From Bacillus thermozeamaize (GTDB lineage: Bacteria; Bacillota; Bacilli; ZCTH02-B2), in the NCBI GenBank assembly GCA_002159075.1, contig LZRT01000085.1:6177-70176 (forward strand): 64,000 nt of DNA, read 5' to 3'. Numbering within the stretch: the stretch's first letter is position 1; every line of letters begins with the position of its first letter. The notes beneath the pieces were generated by a model. It worked only from the letters and a program-made list of their open reading frames with translations, searched no databases and was not told the origin of the DNA. Of the stretch, positions 1-9,774 are shown one piece after another. The translations under genes were made by a program, and so were the position numbers.

Positions 1-11
1 GGAATCGGATT

Positions 12-350
12 TTGACGGATGGAAAGGGATTGGTCCCGTACCGTACGTTTTATTTGAGCCGAAAGGAATATGTGGACCAACATCCAGACGTGATCAAACA
101 AGTGGTTGAAGAACTGCAAAAGGCGGGCAAACAGATTAACGAGAACCCGCGCGAGGCTGCTGATTTGCTGTCGAAAGCGACAAAAATACCTGTTTCGGTG
201 TGGGAGAAGGTGTTGCATAAAAAGCGGTCGGATGCGAATTTTATGGATCAACAAGCGGTGGATGATTTAGAGGTGCAGGCGGATGATTTTTTGAACATAG
301 GCTTGATAGACAAAAAAGTTCAAGTGGCGGATGCGGTATGGAGACCGTGA
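12..350 (+). CDS. C-terminal part of an SsuA/TauA-type ABC substrate-binding protein (5' end outside window)
   Basis: Open frame from the window edge; 'EYVDQHPDVIKQVVEEL...NPREAADLLS...ADDFLNIGLI' resembles the C-terminus of aliphatic sulfonate SBPs. Confidence 0.7.
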   Translation: MTDGKGLVPYRTFYLSRKEYVDQHPDVIKQVVEELQKAGKQINENPREAADLLSKATKIPVSVWEKVLHKKRSDANFMDQQAVDDLEVQADDFLNIGLIDKKVQVADAVWRP

Positions 351-424
351 ATGGTGAATCCGTTCTCCGAAATCATGCGTTCTCCAGTTAAAGAATGATA
401 GTTCCGCTTCGGAGGGAAGACTTC

Positions 425-1612
425 ATGACAAGTTTGAAAGAAGATGCGCCGCTTGTGGGCCTCAAGGTGATTGAATTGGGGCAAATTGCCGCGGGTCCTT
501 TTGCGGGAATGTTGTTGGCCGATCTGGGGGCGGACGTCGTCAAAGTGGAGCGTCCTGATGGAGGCGATGGCATGCGGGGATGGCCGCCATTGATGGAGAA
601 TGAGGATGGGGAGGTATTTAGCGGAAACTTTGCTTCCCTCAATCGAAACAAGCGGAGCATCGCCATTGACCTGAAAGACCCCAATCAGGTGGCCGACTTG
701 AAGGCATTGTGCGCACAAGCGGATGTCTTGATCGAAAATTACAGGCCGGGGGTGTTGCGCCGGCTGGGGCTGGGATATGAAGACTTAAAACACATCAATC
801 CCCGGTTAGTGTATTGTTCCATATCCGGATATGGGCAAACCGGACCATATGCGGGAAAAGGCGCTTTCGACGTGACGGTTCAAGCGATGAGCGGCCTGAT
901 GAGCGTCACGGGCGAAGAAAAGGGATTGCCCGTAAAGTGCGGGGTACCGGTCGGCGACTTTGTCGCTGGGTTGTATGCGGCATACACCATCTTAGCCGCC
1001 TTGAGCAGGGTAAACAGAGACGGGCAAGGGACCTATATTGACTGTTCGATGTTAGGCGGGTTGCTTGGCATCTCTGCATTGCAAACAAGTGAATATTATG
1101 GAACGGGCCAGCCGCCCAGGCGCTTGGGCACGGCTCATCCGCGAAATGCGCCGTATCAAGGGTATGAGGCGAAAGACCGGATGTTCGTCATCGCTGCGGG
1201 AAACGACAAGTTATGGCGCAGTGTCTGCCAAGTGATTGGGAGGCCCGAATTGGCGGACGACGAACGGTTTGCGACCCAGGTGCTGCGCGCCAAGAACCAA
1301 AAGGAATTGACAGCCATCCTCCAGCCCATTTTTGCCACGCGGACGGCAGAGGAGTGGATGGCTGAATTGGAACGCCTTGGCGTTCCTTGCGCGCCTGTGA
1401 ATGATTACCATGAGATTCTGCACGATCCGCATGTTCAAAGCATGGGCATCATTGGGGAACTACACTTGCCGAATGGTGTGGCCACCAAATACGTGGGCTT
1501 TCCAGTCTTGATGAACAACTATACATTTTCGGTATACCGGAACCCGCCCAAACTGGGTGAACATCAGGAAGAAGTATTTCGGGAATGGCTGAAAAAAGCA
1601 GAGCATTCCTGA
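425..1612 (+). CDS. CaiB/BaiF family III CoA-transferase
   Basis: 'LVGLKVIELGQIAAGPFAGMLLADLGADVVKVERP', 'NRNKRSIAIDLK', 'ENYRPG', 'SGYGQTGP'; RBS GGAGG before ATG 425. Confidence 0.93.
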   Translation: MTSLKEDAPLVGLKVIELGQIAAGPFAGMLLADLGADVVKVERPDGGDGMRGWPPLMENEDGEVFSGNFASLNRNKRSIAIDLKDPNQVADLKALCAQADVLIENYRPGVLRRLGLGYEDLKHINPRLVYCSISGYGQTGPYAGKGAFDVTVQAMSGLMSVTGEEKGLPVKCGVPVGDFVAGLYAAYTILAALSRVNRDGQGTYIDCSMLGGLLGISALQTSEYYGTGQPPRRLGTAHPRNAPYQGYEAKDRMFVIAAGNDKLWRSVCQVIGRPELADDERFATQVLRAKNQKELTAILQPIFATRTAEEWMAELERLGVPCAPVNDYHEILHDPHVQSMGIIGELHLPNGVATKYVGFPVLMNNYTFSVYRNPPKLGEHQEEVFREWLKKAEHS

Positions 1613-1631
1613 ATTTATCGTTCTGAATGGG

Positions 1632-1660
1632 TTGACGGAGAGAGAGGAATCATTTAAGAT
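1632..1660 (+). promoter_or_regulatory. SigA-type promoter
   Basis: TTGACG-N17-TAAGAT. Confidence 0.6.
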
Positions 1661-1665
1661 TCACT

Positions 1666-1692
1666 ATAAACATAGTAATTAAATCGGAATAG
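1666..1692 (+). promoter_or_regulatory. CymR-like operator overlapping the predicted transcription start
   Basis: ATAAACATAGTAATTAAATCGGAATAG resembles the B. subtilis CymR box as recalled (TAAWNCN2ANTWNAN3ATMGGAATTW), and lies upstream of organosulfur genes. Confidence 0.6.
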
Positions 1693-1726
1693 TGATATGA
1701 CCGGCAGCGCTGACCGGAAAACCGGA

Positions 1727-1769
1727 GGCCAAATCTTGCTTCATTCGTAAGATTTGGCCGTTTTTATTT
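1727..1769 (+). terminator. Rho-independent terminator/attenuator hairpin in the leader
   Basis: GGCCAAATCTTGC-ttcattc-GTAAGATTTGGCC followed by GTTTTTATTT. Confidence 0.75.
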
Positions 1770-1817
1770 CAATTTACGGATGTGAATGGATGATGAACAA
1801 AAAGGGGTGAAGCATGG

Positions 1818-2675
1818 GTGGCGATCGTCTTGCATGAAAAAAGGTTGTCACAGGAAAGGTTGTCACGGGAGAAAATATTGGCCTCAAACTTGACGTTTAC
1901 ATACGGCCAACAGGACATTTTACGAGATATCAGCCTGACTGTACGGGAAGGGGAATTTCTCGTCGTGATGGGACCGAGTGGATGCGGGAAGAGCACCTTG
2001 CTGCGTCTGTTTTCGGGACTCTCGCGGCCACACAAGGGGAAGTTGCTGATTGACGGCCAGCCTGTTACGAGTCCTTCCATAGACAGGGCGATCGTTTTTC
2101 AAGATTATTCTTTGTTTCCCTGGCTGACTGCAAGGGAAAACATTGTGGTTTCACTCAAACAGGTGGTACGGCATGCGAGAAAGAAAAGGGAACTGGCAGC
2201 CTTGGCCGAGGAATATCTTGAACTGGTGCAACTTGGCCACGCGGCCGATCAATATCCTGGACAGCTGTCAGGTGGAATGAAGCAGCGTGTAGCCATTGCA
2301 CGCGCCCTGTCCCAACAACCGGACATCCTGCTCATGGATGAGCCGTTCGGAGCCTTGGATCCGATGACGAGGGTTCATTTGCAGGATTTGCTATGCCGGA
2401 TCTGGGAAGAACGGCGTCAAACCATTGTTTTTGTGACGCATGATGTGGAAGAAGCGATTTACCTGGCCGATCGCATTGTTTTGTTCACGCCAGGCCCTCC
2501 CGGCGAAATTGCTGCGGTTTTGGACATTCCGTTTCCTCGGCCGAGAAACCGGAAAAAGTTGTACCTGACATCCGAATTCGGGAAACTTCGTGACCAGCTT
2601 CTTTCGATGATGAATGAGGCACTATTCTCCAAGCTGGAAGAACCGCCATCGGTTTCCGGGGAGGAATCCATATAA
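1818..2675 (+). CDS. NitT/TauT-family ABC transporter ATP-binding protein
   Basis: Walker [10 protein letters not shown], signature LSGGMKQR, '[11 protein letters not shown]', 'VTHDVEEA'. Confidence 0.93.
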   Translation: MAIVLHEKRLSQERLSREKILASNLTFTYGQQDILRDISLTVREGEFLVVMGPSGCGKSTLLRLFSGLSRPHKGKLLIDGQPVTSPSIDRAIVFQDYSLFPWLTARENIVVSLKQVVRHARKKRELAALAEEYLELVQLGHAADQYPGQLSGGMKQRVAIARALSQQPDILLMDEPFGALDPMTRVHLQDLLCRIWEERRQTIVFVTHDVEEAIYLADRIVLFTPGPPGEIAAVLDIPFPRPRNRKKLYLTSEFGKLRDQLLSMMNEALFSKLEEPPSVSGEESI

Positions 2676-2696
2676 AAATCCTGAAAGGCAGGAGTG

Positions 2697-3836
2697 ATGG
2701 CATTGAAAGGCAGAATCCTCGTTGCATGGTTTGTCTTGTCACTGATTGGCTTTGTTTTAACAGGATGTGGAGGCAACACGGAACGCACAACGACGGGCGA
2801 AGAGACGCCGGCAGGTCATGAACATGCCGCGCATCCGTCCGACTCCGGTGACCAGGGAGAAAAGAACGGCGCGCCGTATCAATTGCGAGTGGGTTATGCC
2901 ACATCGTTGGGTACACAGCTGGGCTTTATTGCCGAACATGAAGGTTTTTTCAAAGAGGAAAATCTGCAAGTTGATTTTATCCCTTTTCAGACGACGGCAG
3001 ATGGGCTGAATGCCTTGCAGGCAGGCAAGATTGATATCGGCATATCCTTCGGCACGGCCGGGCCTTTGACGTTTATTTCCAAAGGAGCTGATTTCGTCAT
3101 TTTCGGCGGGCACTTGGAAGGCGGAAGTCCGATATTTTCACGTCCTGAAGATCAGGAAAAATATAAAGATATTCAATCTTTCAAGGGGAAAAAGATCGGA
3201 ACCATTCGTTTATATACTGGTGACATCGTGTTCCGTGCGGCGCTGGCTGATGCCGGAATTGACTGGAAAAAGGATGTGGAAATCATCGAATTTAAAAATC
3301 CGTCGATGTTGATTGAAGCGATCAAAGCGCGAAAAGTGGATGTGGGGGTCGGGGCTCCGTCTAATCTGGGGATGGCCGAAGAGGCTGGCTTGGTTGCGGT
3401 GAACTGGAGCAACAATCTCTCCCCCGGACATGTATGTTGCCGTGTCGTGACGCGGGGATCGGAATTAAACGAAAAACAGGAGGCGTACAAACGGTTTGTC
3501 AAGGCGCTGATTAAGGCAGAGCGGGCAAAGGAACTGCAGCCTGAGGTTACGGTGACCGCAAGCCAACCGTATCTGAAAATGGATGAGGACAAGATCAGGG
3601 ACATCGTCTTAGAGCCCCACCAAAACAATGATTCCGATCCAAACAAAAAAGAAGTGGAAAAAATGTGGAGCGCGATGCGACAGATCGGTTATATTCCGGC
3701 GGATGTGTCTGTGCAGCTGGAAAACCACATCAATACCGACTTGTACGCAAAAGCTTTGGATGAATTGCTGAAAGAAAATCCCGGCGATCCTTTCTACCAA
3801 AAGGCAAAAGAACGCTTTGAAAAACAGAATTTGTGA
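2697..3836 (+). CDS. NitT/TauT-family ABC substrate-binding lipoprotein
   Basis: Lipobox LTGC; 'GFFKEENLQV', 'DGLNALQAGKIDIG', 'FKGKKIGT'; HVCC motif. Confidence 0.88.
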   Translation: MALKGRILVAWFVLSLIGFVLTGCGGNTERTTTGEETPAGHEHAAHPSDSGDQGEKNGAPYQLRVGYATSLGTQLGFIAEHEGFFKEENLQVDFIPFQTTADGLNALQAGKIDIGISFGTAGPLTFISKGADFVIFGGHLEGGSPIFSRPEDQEKYKDIQSFKGKKIGTIRLYTGDIVFRAALADAGIDWKKDVEIIEFKNPSMLIEAIKARKVDVGVGAPSNLGMAEEAGLVAVNWSNNLSPGHVCCRVVTRGSELNEKQEAYKRFVKALIKAERAKELQPEVTVTASQPYLKMDEDKIRDIVLEPHQNNDSDPNKKEVEKMWSAMRQIGYIPADVSVQLENHINTDLYAKALDELLKENPGDPFYQKAKERFEKQNL

Positions 3837-4612
3837 CGGGGGCAAGTGTTATGGCACAGGCTATGGGGAGATATACATGGACTGGCTTGATCATTGTGCT
3901 TTTGTTTGTATTGTGGGAGGTCATGACGCATTTCGGCAAAATTCTAAATCCTGTTCTTTTTCCACGGCCGGTGGAAGTGTTTCGCGCGTTATGGGACAGC
4001 CGGATAGATTTGATGTCTGGTTTTTTGAGCTCGATGAAACTTTTTTTGCCCGCTTTTCTGCTCGCGCTGCTGCTAGGCGTTGCCGGAGGATTATATTTCG
4101 GGATGCACGATAAGGTCAGAGAGATTTTCATGCCGTTTTTTCATACGCTGAGCCCGATTCCTCCAACTATGTACATTCCGTACGCCATCGTATTGCTGCC
4201 CACATTCCAGACGGCATCCATTTTTCTGATCTTTGTCGGGGCTTTTTGGCCCATCTTTTTGGGAACGATTCAAGGGGTCCTGGTTATTGATGGGCGGTAC
4301 CTGGACAATGCGCGCGCTTTGGAATTGCGCGGGAAAGAACTGATCCGGACAGTGGTCTTGCCGGCAAGTATGCCTTTCATTTTGAATGGCACAGGGATTG
4401 CGTTGGGATTCGCGTTCATCGTTCTGACCATCGCAGAAATGTTTGGGGCGAAAGAAGGGATGGGGTACTTCATTCAATATTATTCCGATTTCTCGGATTA
4501 CAAAAATGTAATAGCCGGAATTTTTTTCAACTGCGCTGTGATTCTGTCCATCATGCTTTTGTTTGATCGGATCAAGAGACGATTGCTTTTTTGGACCGGC
4601 GATAAATCCTAA
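3833..4612 (+). CDS. NitT/TauT-family ABC permease
   Basis: Hydrophobic segments; 'LSPIPP', EAA-like loop 'YLDNARALEL', 'TIAEMFGAKEGMGY'; overlaps upstream stop (GTGA); alternative start ATG 3851. Confidence 0.9.
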   Translation: MTGASVMAQAMGRYTWTGLIIVLLFVLWEVMTHFGKILNPVLFPRPVEVFRALWDSRIDLMSGFLSSMKLFLPAFLLALLLGVAGGLYFGMHDKVREIFMPFFHTLSPIPPTMYIPYAIVLLPTFQTASIFLIFVGAFWPIFLGTIQGVLVIDGRYLDNARALELRGKELIRTVVLPASMPFILNGTGIALGFAFIVLTIAEMFGAKEGMGYFIQYYSDFSDYKNVIAGIFFNCAVILSIMLLFDRIKRRLLFWTGDKS

Positions 4613-4640
4613 CTATCTCAAACAATGGAGGGTGATGCAC

Positions 4641-5225
4641 ATGTCAGGCCATGATGCGTTCCGTGAATTTGATCAATCCTTGCGGGAAGTGCTCCGGAAC
4701 GCAACGGAGGATAAGGAGAGGATTGAAGGCGTGCGGCCTTTGTTGCAGAAATTGCTGTCTGTTCCCGGATTGCTGCCGCCTGCGTACCGTCGGCCTCATG
4801 CCGACAAATATGCCCAATATCTGCTATACAAACCGGAGGATGAAGCTTTTTCCGTCATTGCGTTTGTCTGGGGGCCGGGGCAGCAATCGCCGGTTCATGA
4901 TCACTTGGTCTGGGGACTGGTCGGGATGTATGAAGGCGCGATTGTAGAAAAACGGTTCCGGAGAGTGGATGATGGTTCGGATGCAAGCCGGGCCGTGTTG
5001 GAAGAAATTGAAACGGTGACGGCCAGCGTTGGGGATATTTCTTTTGTTTATCCCCGGCAAGCCGACATTCATCAAGTATTTAATCCGTTTGATGAGGTGG
5101 CCGTTTCGATCCATGTGTACGGCACAGATATCGGCAAGCAGAAACGACACATCTACGATTTGGAGACAGGCTCGATTCGGGAGGTGATTACCCGGCATGA
5201 CAACACGCGGGCCATTTACGCCTGA
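4641..5225 (+). CDS. Cysteine dioxygenase-family thiol dioxygenase, Gln-type (3-mercaptopropionate dioxygenase-like)
   Basis: 'YAQYLLY', 'FVWGPGQQSPVHDHLVWG', 'DIHQV', 'SIHVYG' (3-His cupin and Ser-His-Tyr triad); Gln at the position of the CDO Arg. Confidence 0.85.
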   Translation: MSGHDAFREFDQSLREVLRNATEDKERIEGVRPLLQKLLSVPGLLPPAYRRPHADKYAQYLLYKPEDEAFSVIAFVWGPGQQSPVHDHLVWGLVGMYEGAIVEKRFRRVDDGSDASRAVLEEIETVTASVGDISFVYPRQADIHQVFNPFDEVAVSIHVYGTDIGKQKRHIYDLETGSIREVITRHDNTRAIYA

Positions 5226-5282
5226 ACAGAAAGGGTGAAACGATTTCGCCGAAGAATTTTCTGTTGCGAAAGGTGTGTGAAA

Positions 5283-6452
5283 ATGGAGACAATCGTTTCG
5301 TCAACAGATGCATACACAGAGAAAGTGAAACAGTTGGCGAGCGCGTTTGCCCGCACAGCGGCCGAACGGGATCGGCTGGGAGACACCCCTAAGGCAGAAC
5401 GGGATCAACTGCGCGCAAGCGGTTTGCTCAAGTTAATCATTCCTTCACAGTATGGGGGAATGGGAGCGAAATGGCCGGAAGCCCTGTGGGCCGTTCGGGA
5501 AATTGCCAAGGCGGATAGCTCGCTGGCGCATGTTTTCGGTTATCATCATTTGCAATTGGCAACGCCTCATTTCTATGGCACGCCGGCACAGAGGGCGCAT
5601 TATTACAGGGAAACGGCTGCAAAGAACTGGTTTTGGGGGAATGCCATCAATCCGAAAGACACGCGTCTCATTGTGTCCCGTGATGGCGATGGCTACGTCT
5701 TAAACGGCACGAAATATTTTTGTTCAGGCGCGAAAGATTCGGACGTTTTGGTGGTTAGCGCTGTGTCTGACGGAGACAGGAGGCCGCATCTATTTGTCCT
5801 GCCCTCAAATCGCACGGGGATTATTTTTCACGACGACTGGAACGGCATGGGCCAGCGCCAGACGGACAGTGGCAGCGTCAGCTTTCATAGTGTCCGCGTT
5901 CAACCGGACGAACACTTATGCCAGCTGGGGACCAATGGTTCCCCTTTTGCGACGCTGCGTACCGTCCTGACGCAGCTCATCATGACCCATATTTTTGTCG
6001 GCATTGCGGAAGGGGCTTTGGAAGAAGCGAAAAAGTATACGCATCAAACGGCGCATGTGCGAAAAGGAGATGTGCTGGAAGATCCGTATATATTGCGTCA
6101 TTATGGGGAGTTATGGTCCCGGTGCCATGCTGCCGGACAAATCACGAATCATGCTGCGGAGGTTTTCCAGTGGGCCTGGGAACAGCAGTTTGATTTGACA
6201 GATGAACAGAGAGGAAAGGCCGCCGTCACGGTTTATGCCGCCAAAGTCACGGCGATAGAGGTGGCGCTTCATGTGACGAACCGCATGTTTGACGTGATGG
6301 GAGCCCGGGCCGCCGATGAGAAATACCGTTTTGACCGTTATTGGCGAAATATCCGGACGTTTTCATTGCACGACTCCATTGATGTAAAGTTGCGCGAACT
6401 TGGAGCTTATTTTTTAAATGACACGTATCCGGTCAGCGGGTTTTATTCATGA
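5283..6452 (+). CDS. Acyl-CoA-dehydrogenase-fold flavin-dependent sulfur monooxygenase (SfnB/DszC/MsuC family)
   Basis: 'AAERDRLG', 'IAKADSSLAHVFGYH', 'FWGNAIN', 'DWNGMGQRQTDSGSVSF', 'FDRYWRNIRTFSLHD'. Confidence 0.85.
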   Translation: METIVSSTDAYTEKVKQLASAFARTAAERDRLGDTPKAERDQLRASGLLKLIIPSQYGGMGAKWPEALWAVREIAKADSSLAHVFGYHHLQLATPHFYGTPAQRAHYYRETAAKNWFWGNAINPKDTRLIVSRDGDGYVLNGTKYFCSGAKDSDVLVVSAVSDGDRRPHLFVLPSNRTGIIFHDDWNGMGQRQTDSGSVSFHSVRVQPDEHLCQLGTNGSPFATLRTVLTQLIMTHIFVGIAEGALEEAKKYTHQTAHVRKGDVLEDPYILRHYGELWSRCHAAGQITNHAAEVFQWAWEQQFDLTDEQRGKAAVTVYAAKVTAIEVALHVTNRMFDVMGARAADEKYRFDRYWRNIRTFSLHDSIDVKLRELGAYFLNDTYPVSGFYS

Positions 6453-6498
6453 CCTTGTCAGGCGAGGAAATCGTGACTGAGGCGAGGAGGTGCGAGCA

Positions 6499-7284
6499 TT
6501 GAAATCATCTGGTTATGGTGTGCATATAAAAGTGAGGGGAGTAAAGAAAGACTTCGGGAGCCAGCAGGTGCTTCGGGGCATCGAACTCGAGATCCGGCCG
6601 GGAGAGTTTGTGGCGATCATCGGACGGAGCGGGTGCGGAAAAAGCACGTTGTTGCGCCTGATCGCCGGATTGGAAGAGCCGACGGCGGGGGAAATGATGA
6701 TCAACGATGTGCCGGTTCGCGGACTGAATCCGGAAGTGCGCATCATGTTCCAGGATGCCAGGCTCTTGCCCTGGCGGCGGGTGATTGACAATGTGGCCAT
6801 TGGACTGAAAAAAGGAGAGGGCGTGAAAGCGGAGTTGGCTTTGCGGCAGGTTGGCCTTCATGAGCGGGCGAAAGATTGGCCCTCGGTTCTCTCCGGTGGA
6901 CAAAAGCAAAGAGTGGCATTGGCAAGGGCGCTGGCGAGTCAGCCGCGGCTGCTTTTATTGGATGAACCGTTGGGCGCCTTGGACGCGCTGACCCGTATCG
7001 AAATGCAGCGCCTGATCGAGTCGCTCTGGCTGGAGCACAAATTTACAACCGTCCTGATTACGCATGACGTGGAAGAAGCGGTTGTCATGGCTGACCGGGT
7101 GGTTTTAATTGAGCAGGGACGCATCGCGATGGATTTATCGGTTCCATTTTCCCGCCCCCGGCAACGAGGTCATGCGGCGTTTGCGGCGCTTGTCGACAAG
7201 GTGCTCAGGCGCGTGATGGGTGAAGAAGATCAGATGGAAGAAGAGGGGAAAGTGTTGCCAGCCGCTTATGTGGCACAGAAGTAA
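6499..7284 (+). CDS. ssuB: Aliphatic sulfonate ABC transporter ATP-binding protein
   Basis: '[18 protein letters not shown]', '[10 protein letters not shown]', '[20 protein letters not shown]' typical of SsuB; RBS GAGGAGG before TTG 6499. Confidence 0.85.
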   Translation: MKSSGYGVHIKVRGVKKDFGSQQVLRGIELEIRPGEFVAIIGRSGCGKSTLLRLIAGLEEPTAGEMMINDVPVRGLNPEVRIMFQDARLLPWRRVIDNVAIGLKKGEGVKAELALRQVGLHERAKDWPSVLSGGQKQRVALARALASQPRLLLLDEPLGALDALTRIEMQRLIESLWLEHKFTTVLITHDVEEAVVMADRVVLIEQGRIAMDLSVPFSRPRQRGHAAFAALVDKVLRRVMGEEDQMEEEGKVLPAAYVAQK

Positions 7285-7363
7285 TGCCAGTTCCTTGGCT
7301 TTTATAATCGAGAACGAAAGATGCAGGAAGTCTATATAACGGTAACATTTACCCGGGTAGCAT

Positions 7364-9553
7364 TTACCCGCTGTGGAAACGCACTTCACCCTGAATCTTG
7401 TATTTTTTGAGCTTTTGGTATAGGGCCGTGCGGCTGATGCCGAGTTTTTGCGCCGCGAGGCTCCGGTTGCCGCCTGCCTGCTCAAGCGCCTGCAGGATGG
7501 CCTGCTTTTCTACATGCGCGAGCAAGTCGCGATGATTGATCGTATGCTGGATGGACGGCTGCAATGGTTCAAAAGATGCCGGTTTGGGCAATCCAGGACT
7601 TTGGATCATTTCCTCAGTCCTTTTTTCTTTTTTTGAGGATCTGGAGAAAGAGGGGGAATGGAGTTCCTGTGGAAGGTGACGGGGTTCAATCCAGGAGCCG
7701 GAACCAAGATGCATGGCCCGTTCCAGGACGTTTTCCAGTTCACGGACATTTCCAGGCCAGGAATGCGCCTGCAGCAGCTGCAGCGTTTCCGGCGTGATGC
7801 CGATGACTTTTTTGTTCATTTTTTGATTTAATTTTTTAATGAAATGCTCGCATAACAGCGGGATATCATCGAGGCGTTCACGCAGCGGCGGAATGGTGAT
7901 TTGGATGACGTTGATCCGGTAGTAGAGATCCTCCCGAAATTTCCCCTCCTTGACCAACTGCCGCAGGTTTTGATTGGTCGCCGCCACAATCCGCACGTCC
8001 ACCGCCCTGGTTTTGGTATCCCCGATCCGCTCAAATTCCTGCTCCTGCAAGACACGAAGCAGTTTGGCCTGTAAAGCCGGTGGCATGTCGCCGATTTCGT
8101 CGAGAAAAAGCGTGCCCCGGTCGGCCAGTTCAAATTTCCCCGGTTTTCCCCCTTTTCGGGCGCCGGTAAAGGCTCCCTCGACGTAACCAAAAAATTCTGC
8201 CTCCAACAATTCGGAAGGAATGGCCGCGCAATTGACCTTAATAAATTTTCCTGTGCGGCCTGATGCCTCGTGAATGGCCTCTGCGAACAGTTCTTTTCCC
8301 GTCCCGCTTTCGCCGCAGATGAGGATGGTAGAGAAGCCTTTGGCGGCGAGGTATGCCTCTTTTTTGACGGAATTCATTTGGCCGTTTTGTGAAACGATCC
8401 GATCAAAAGCGTTTTCCTTTGTAATCCGGTTCAGTTCTCCCCGATAATACGTGAGTTCGCTTTCCAGTTGTTCCAGCCTGCGGAACACATCTTTCCATTG
8501 ATCCAGGCGATGAAAAATCAGTTTCGCAATGACCCCTTCCGATCGCCCTGACTGAACGATCGGGTGCAGGGTGATCACGCATTTCTTCCCCGCGATATCG
8601 CGGATTTCTCCTTCGATCCGCTCTTTTGCAGCCAGCACTTGTTGAACCGGCAGTTCCGGCGCGATGACAGCGGCAGGCCGGCCAACCACTGCTTCGTATT
8701 CAAGTCCATAGAGTTCCAAAAAAGCTGCGTTGACCATCGTGACGATCCCTTGTTCGTCCGTGATCAACACGCCGTCATAGGAGAGGCCCAATGCGCTCTG
8801 CAGGGTCCGTTCCAGTTTTTTTGTCGTTTCCAATTCTTTGGCTACCTGTTCAAAACTGGTGATGTCTTTCAGAACAGCCATGGCCCCCGTGATGTTTCCC
8901 CATTCCCGCAAAGGGATAAAGGATCCAATGACAGTGGCGTTTTTCAGCAGGATCTTTTTGGATTCCCGAACCTCTCCTTGTTCGATGGTAAGGGAAAAAT
9001 CCGCATTTAATTCCGGCAAAATCGCTCCGAGCCAGTTGCCGATCACTTCCTCCCGCGGAATGCCGAACAGCGACTCAGCCGCTTGGTTATACGTGATGAC
9101 CTTGTGTTCCAGGTCTACAGAGAGGACAGCATCCTGCAGGTGTTCCACCAACATGCTGTGCCGAGTGAGGAGCAATTCGGTTTTGTTGAGAAAGCCGCGA
9201 ATGATGTCTGCTTTCCCCAAAACCCCGACCGCACGTTGCTGTTCATCCAGTACGACACCGTGCGCGACGTTGTTTTCGGTGAGAATTTCCCTTGCTCTTT
9301 CGATGGTGGTTTCTTGTGAAAAGCTGACCACTTGTTTCCGAATGGCAGGGGTTACCGGGGAGTCGATGGGCGCTCCGGATAGCAGCGAACGGTAAATCGT
9401 ATATTTGGTCACGATTCCTTCCAATTTTCCTTCGGAATTGACGACGCAGGCAACGTCCGAGCGGTGTTTCAGAAAGGCTTTCAGACAATCGCGCATCGTA
9501 TGACGAGGCGTGATGGAGATAAAGTTGGCCGATAAAAAATCTTTTGTTTTCAT
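7364..9553 (-). CDS. Sigma-54-dependent activator (CBS pair - PAS - PAS - AAA+ - Fis HTH)
   Basis: [14 protein letters not shown], '[11 protein letters not shown]', '[10 protein letters not shown]', C-terminal '[20 protein letters not shown]'; N-terminal CBS-like repeats. Confidence 0.93.
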   Translation of the reverse strand: MKTKDFLSANFISITPRHTMRDCLKAFLKHRSDVACVVNSEGKLEGIVTKYTIYRSLLSGAPIDSPVTPAIRKQVVSFSQETTIERAREILTENNVAHGVVLDEQQRAVGVLGKADIIRGFLNKTELLLTRHSMLVEHLQDAVLSVDLEHKVITYNQAAESLFGIPREEVIGNWLGAILPELNADFSLTIEQGEVRESKKILLKNATVIGSFIPLREWGNITGAMAVLKDITSFEQVAKELETTKKLERTLQSALGLSYDGVLITDEQGIVTMVNAAFLELYGLEYEAVVGRPAAVIAPELPVQQVLAAKERIEGEIRDIAGKKCVITLHPIVQSGRSEGVIAKLIFHRLDQWKDVFRRLEQLESELTYYRGELNRITKENAFDRIVSQNGQMNSVKKEAYLAAKGFSTILICGESGTGKELFAEAIHEASGRTGKFIKVNCAAIPSELLEAEFFGYVEGAFTGARKGGKPGKFELADRGTLFLDEIGDMPPALQAKLLRVLQEQEFERIGDTKTRAVDVRIVAATNQNLRQLVKEGKFREDLYYRINVIQITIPPLRERLDDIPLLCEHFIKKLNQKMNKKVIGITPETLQLLQAHSWPGNVRELENVLERAMHLGSGSWIEPRHLPQELHSPSFSRSSKKEKRTEEMIQSPGLPKPASFEPLQPSIQHTINHRDLLAHVEKQAILQALEQAGGNRSLAAQKLGISRTALYQKLKKYKIQGEVRFHSG

Positions 9554-9574
9554 CGTCAACACCTCCCGGATCAG

Positions 9575-9597
9575 TGTGTTTCTTGGTTTACAAATGT
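9575..9597. promoter_or_regulatory. Putative upstream activator sequence (UAS-1)
   Basis: TGT-GTTTCTTGGTTT-ACA-AA-TGT, ~120 bp upstream of the sigma-54 promoter. Confidence 0.65.
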
Positions 9598-9695
9598 AAA
9601 TATAAAATCACTATGTTATCTATTATAAACAGATAGAATAATAATACAAGTAATAAATAACCTATATTAACAGTGTTTTGTATCTTGAGACAAAT

Positions 9696-9711
9696 TGGCA
9701 TGGCGATTGCT
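9696..9711 (+). promoter_or_regulatory. Sigma-54 (-24/-12) promoter P1
   Basis: TGGCAT-GGCGA-TTGCT, divergent from an enhancer-binding protein gene. Confidence 0.88.
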
Positions 9712-9774
9712 AAGAAAAAGTGACGAAATGTTGGGGTTGATCAGAACGATTGCCGGAAAGGAGTGGAGGACAGC

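Noticed and set aside
1697..1750. 17-codon ORF (MTGSADRKTGGQILLHS) overlapping the leader hairpin as a leader peptide
   Set aside because: No RBS and no Cys/Met-rich sensing codons
1666..1770. SAM-I riboswitch or T-box
   Set aside because: Core motifs absent and the leader is too short for a T-box
5283..6452. 3-sulfinopropionyl-CoA desulfinase or true acyl-CoA dehydrogenase
   Set aside because: Motifs (GNA, GQRQTDSG, WRNIRTFSLHD) fit SfnB/DszC-type monooxygenases; no TEPxxGSD
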